Source: Methanomicrobia archaeon LH_S14 (GTDB taxonomy: Archaea > Halobacteriota > Syntropharchaeia > Alkanophagales > Methanospirareceae). From it: a stretch of 38,915 bases of DNA. The first letter of the stretch is position 1. Each line of letters opens with the position of its first letter. The stretch spans positions 1-38,915 of the forward strand of contig JAGXOS010000002.1 of NCBI GenBank assembly GCA_023659775.1, read 5' to 3'. This document shows positions 37,080 through 38,915 of the stretch, one piece after another. The translations under genes were made by a program, and so were the position numbers. Under the pieces are notes generated by a model that was not told the DNA's origin, did no database searches, and worked only from the letters and a program-made list of their open reading frames with translations.

Positions 37080-38303
37080 ATGCTTATCGAGATGCCAAGG
37101 CGTACGGAAATATTCGGGTCGGTAAAAATTCACGAGCTGCAGCGTGTCTTAAAAATAGATTCCGGGGGCTTTGAAAATCCACGGGCAAAAGACATCCCTT
37201 TTGAAGAGATCAAAAATGTTTTACGGCATTTTGCCATCATCATACCCGTGAAGAATGAAAAAATACATCTACTGGACGGCGTTTTAAGAGCTATTCCCTT
37301 TGACTGCTCAATTATTGTGGTGTCAAATAGCGGGAGGGAAACACCCGATACATACAAAATGGAACAGGATGTGGTAAAAAACCTCCACGATCTGACACAG
37401 CAAGAGATGTTCATCATACACCAAAAAGATCCCGAACTGGGCTTTGCTTTTTACGATGCAGGATATGAAGACCATCTTCTTGATAAGGATGGATTGGTCA
37501 GGGATGGTAAGTCGGAGGGTATGATTATCGGCATGCTGCTTGCGAAATCGCTTGGAAAAGATTTCATCGGTTTTGCCGATGCCGACAACTATATTCCCGG
37601 TTCTGTACGTGAATATGTAATAGATTATGCGGCTGGATTCTGCATGTCTGAGTCGCCATACAGCATGGTGAGGCTAAACTGGAGATATAAGCCAAAAGTG
37701 GTGGAAGATAAACTTTATTTCAAAAAATGGGGCAGGGTAAGCGAGACCACAAATAAATATCTCAATCTCTTAATCTCAACACACACAGGATTTGAAACCA
37801 GAGTGGTGGTAACAGGAAATGCAGGCGAGCATGCGTTGACGACAAAGCTCGCAGACTTATTGAGCTACTCGACCGGCTACTCGATCGAACCCTATCACTT
37901 CGTTTATTTGTTTGATAGGTTTGGGATGGGAGCCGAAACTATTACAAATACGGATGCAGATGCTGCAAATGCCGGAATTGAAATCTTTCAAATTGAAACG
38001 TTAAACCCACACATACACGAAGAAAAAGGAGAGGAGCATGTTAATAACATGTTGCTTGGCTCACTCCAAACGGTTTACCACAGTAAGCTCTGCAATGATT
38101 ATGTAAAGTCAAAAGTTCTTGAGGAGTTGGGAGATATTCTGGAGTGGGGAAAGCCAAAGGAGAACATCATAATGCCCTCTATTAGAAAAATAGATATACA
38201 TAATTTTGTGAAAATGCTTGAAAGCAATGCAGATACATTTGCACGATTTGAACGGGGGGCTATCGAAAGTGAAGGAGAAAAGACGGAGCATTTGAAAGGA
38301 TAA
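37080..38303 (+). CDS. mpgS: Mannosyl-3-phosphoglycerate synthase (GT55)
   Basis: MLIEMPRRTEIFGSV, IHQKDP, VRDGKSEGM, GFADADNYIPG, WGRVSE, GNAGEHA, ETLNPHIHE. Confidence 0.92.
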   Translation: MLIEMPRRTEIFGSVKIHELQRVLKIDSGGFENPRAKDIPFEEIKNVLRHFAIIIPVKNEKIHLLDGVLRAIPFDCSIIVVSNSGRETPDTYKMEQDVVKNLHDLTQQEMFIIHQKDPELGFAFYDAGYEDHLLDKDGLVRDGKSEGMIIGMLLAKSLGKDFIGFADADNYIPGSVREYVIDYAAGFCMSESPYSMVRLNWRYKPKVVEDKLYFKKWGRVSETTNKYLNLLISTHTGFETRVVVTGNAGEHALTTKLADLLSYSTGYSIEPYHFVYLFDRFGMGAETITNTDADAANAGIEIFQIETLNPHIHEEKGEEHVNNMLLGSLQTVYHSKLCNDYVKSKVLEELGDILEWGKPKENIIMPSIRKIDIHNFVKMLESNADTFARFERGAIESEGEKTEHLKG

Positions 38304-38351
38304 TGAATGTTTTATTATAACCATTAATTGAAAGAGATTAGGGAGTGAAAG

Positions 38352-38876
38352 ATGACGAACGAGAAAGTGGAAGAAAGAGATACGATTTATCTTGTGCCGC
38401 ACATGCATTATGATGCCATATGGGCGTTTACGAAGGAGGATTATTTTCACATCAATATGATGTTTATTCTAAATTACAACACCACGCGAATTCTTTGATA
38501 TTCAGGGAAGTATTCGGCGGTCTTTCCAAATTCCTGTACGAACAGGATGTGGATAAAACAGGGGCTTTCTGATTACGAGAATTGGTTGTTGTGCTGTGAG
38601 CGATGGGGGACCATAGCCTTTCTCCTCACTGGCTATCATCCATCTGATGAGTTGCGTGACGATTGCCGGAAAATTTTATACATCGCATTTCATGATGTGA
38701 TTCCGGGAACAGGGATGGATGAGGGTTACGAGGAGGTGAGGCACTACCTGGACGCTTTCAGGAAGACGCCTACGCTCGGCCCGCGCATATACGCTATGAT
38801 AGTAGAGGAGGAATCTGAGAGAGGTGGGGTTGAGGGAGATGTCATTGTATTCAACTCGCGGTTGAGTTTCAGATAA
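38352..38876 (+). pseudogene. GH38 alpha-mannosidase remnant
   Basis: N-terminal IYLVPHMHYDAIW (HxD..W) followed by a large deletion or frameshift to the middle domain (WIKQ..., AFHDVIPGT, VIVFNS), then truncation. Confidence 0.75.
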
Positions 38877-38915
38877 ATGTAGGACACTCGAACATACCAT
38901 ATTGTTATTAATTAT

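Noticed and set aside
1-38915. CRISPR array, rRNA genes, or RuvC as part of a Cas/TnpB nuclease
   Set aside because: No regularly spaced repeats or rRNA-like sequence were seen; the RuvC is a contiguous 166-aa resolvase type.

Overview
Archaeal chromosomal window carrying csl4, rpoL, aRF1, SRP54, hisS and tRNA-Gly. Gene content and surface-protein modules suggest Methanophagales/ANME-1 or a relative (inference, not a database result). The standout is a compact four-gene operon at 10703-15987 that looks like a bacterial Pup/UBact-type protein-tagging system in an archaeon. It encodes an ARC/Mpa-like AAA+ ATPase, two divergent PafA/Dop-family (glutamine-synthetase-fold) enzymes and a small charged protein ending in ...TSGE, with no linked proteasome subunit genes. 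One enzyme has Cys where the family has its catalytic Asp. Other notable items: a tRNA-Gly(CCC) that contains the rpoL stop codon, a bacterial-type RuvC, an alkyltransferase-Mut7-C fusion next to endonuclease V, and an mpgS + 3 glycosyltransferase + 2 GH130 + GH38 sugar cluster. Many accessory and toxin-antitoxin genes are collapsed by internal deletions. All calls come from motif recognition by eye; no searches were run.
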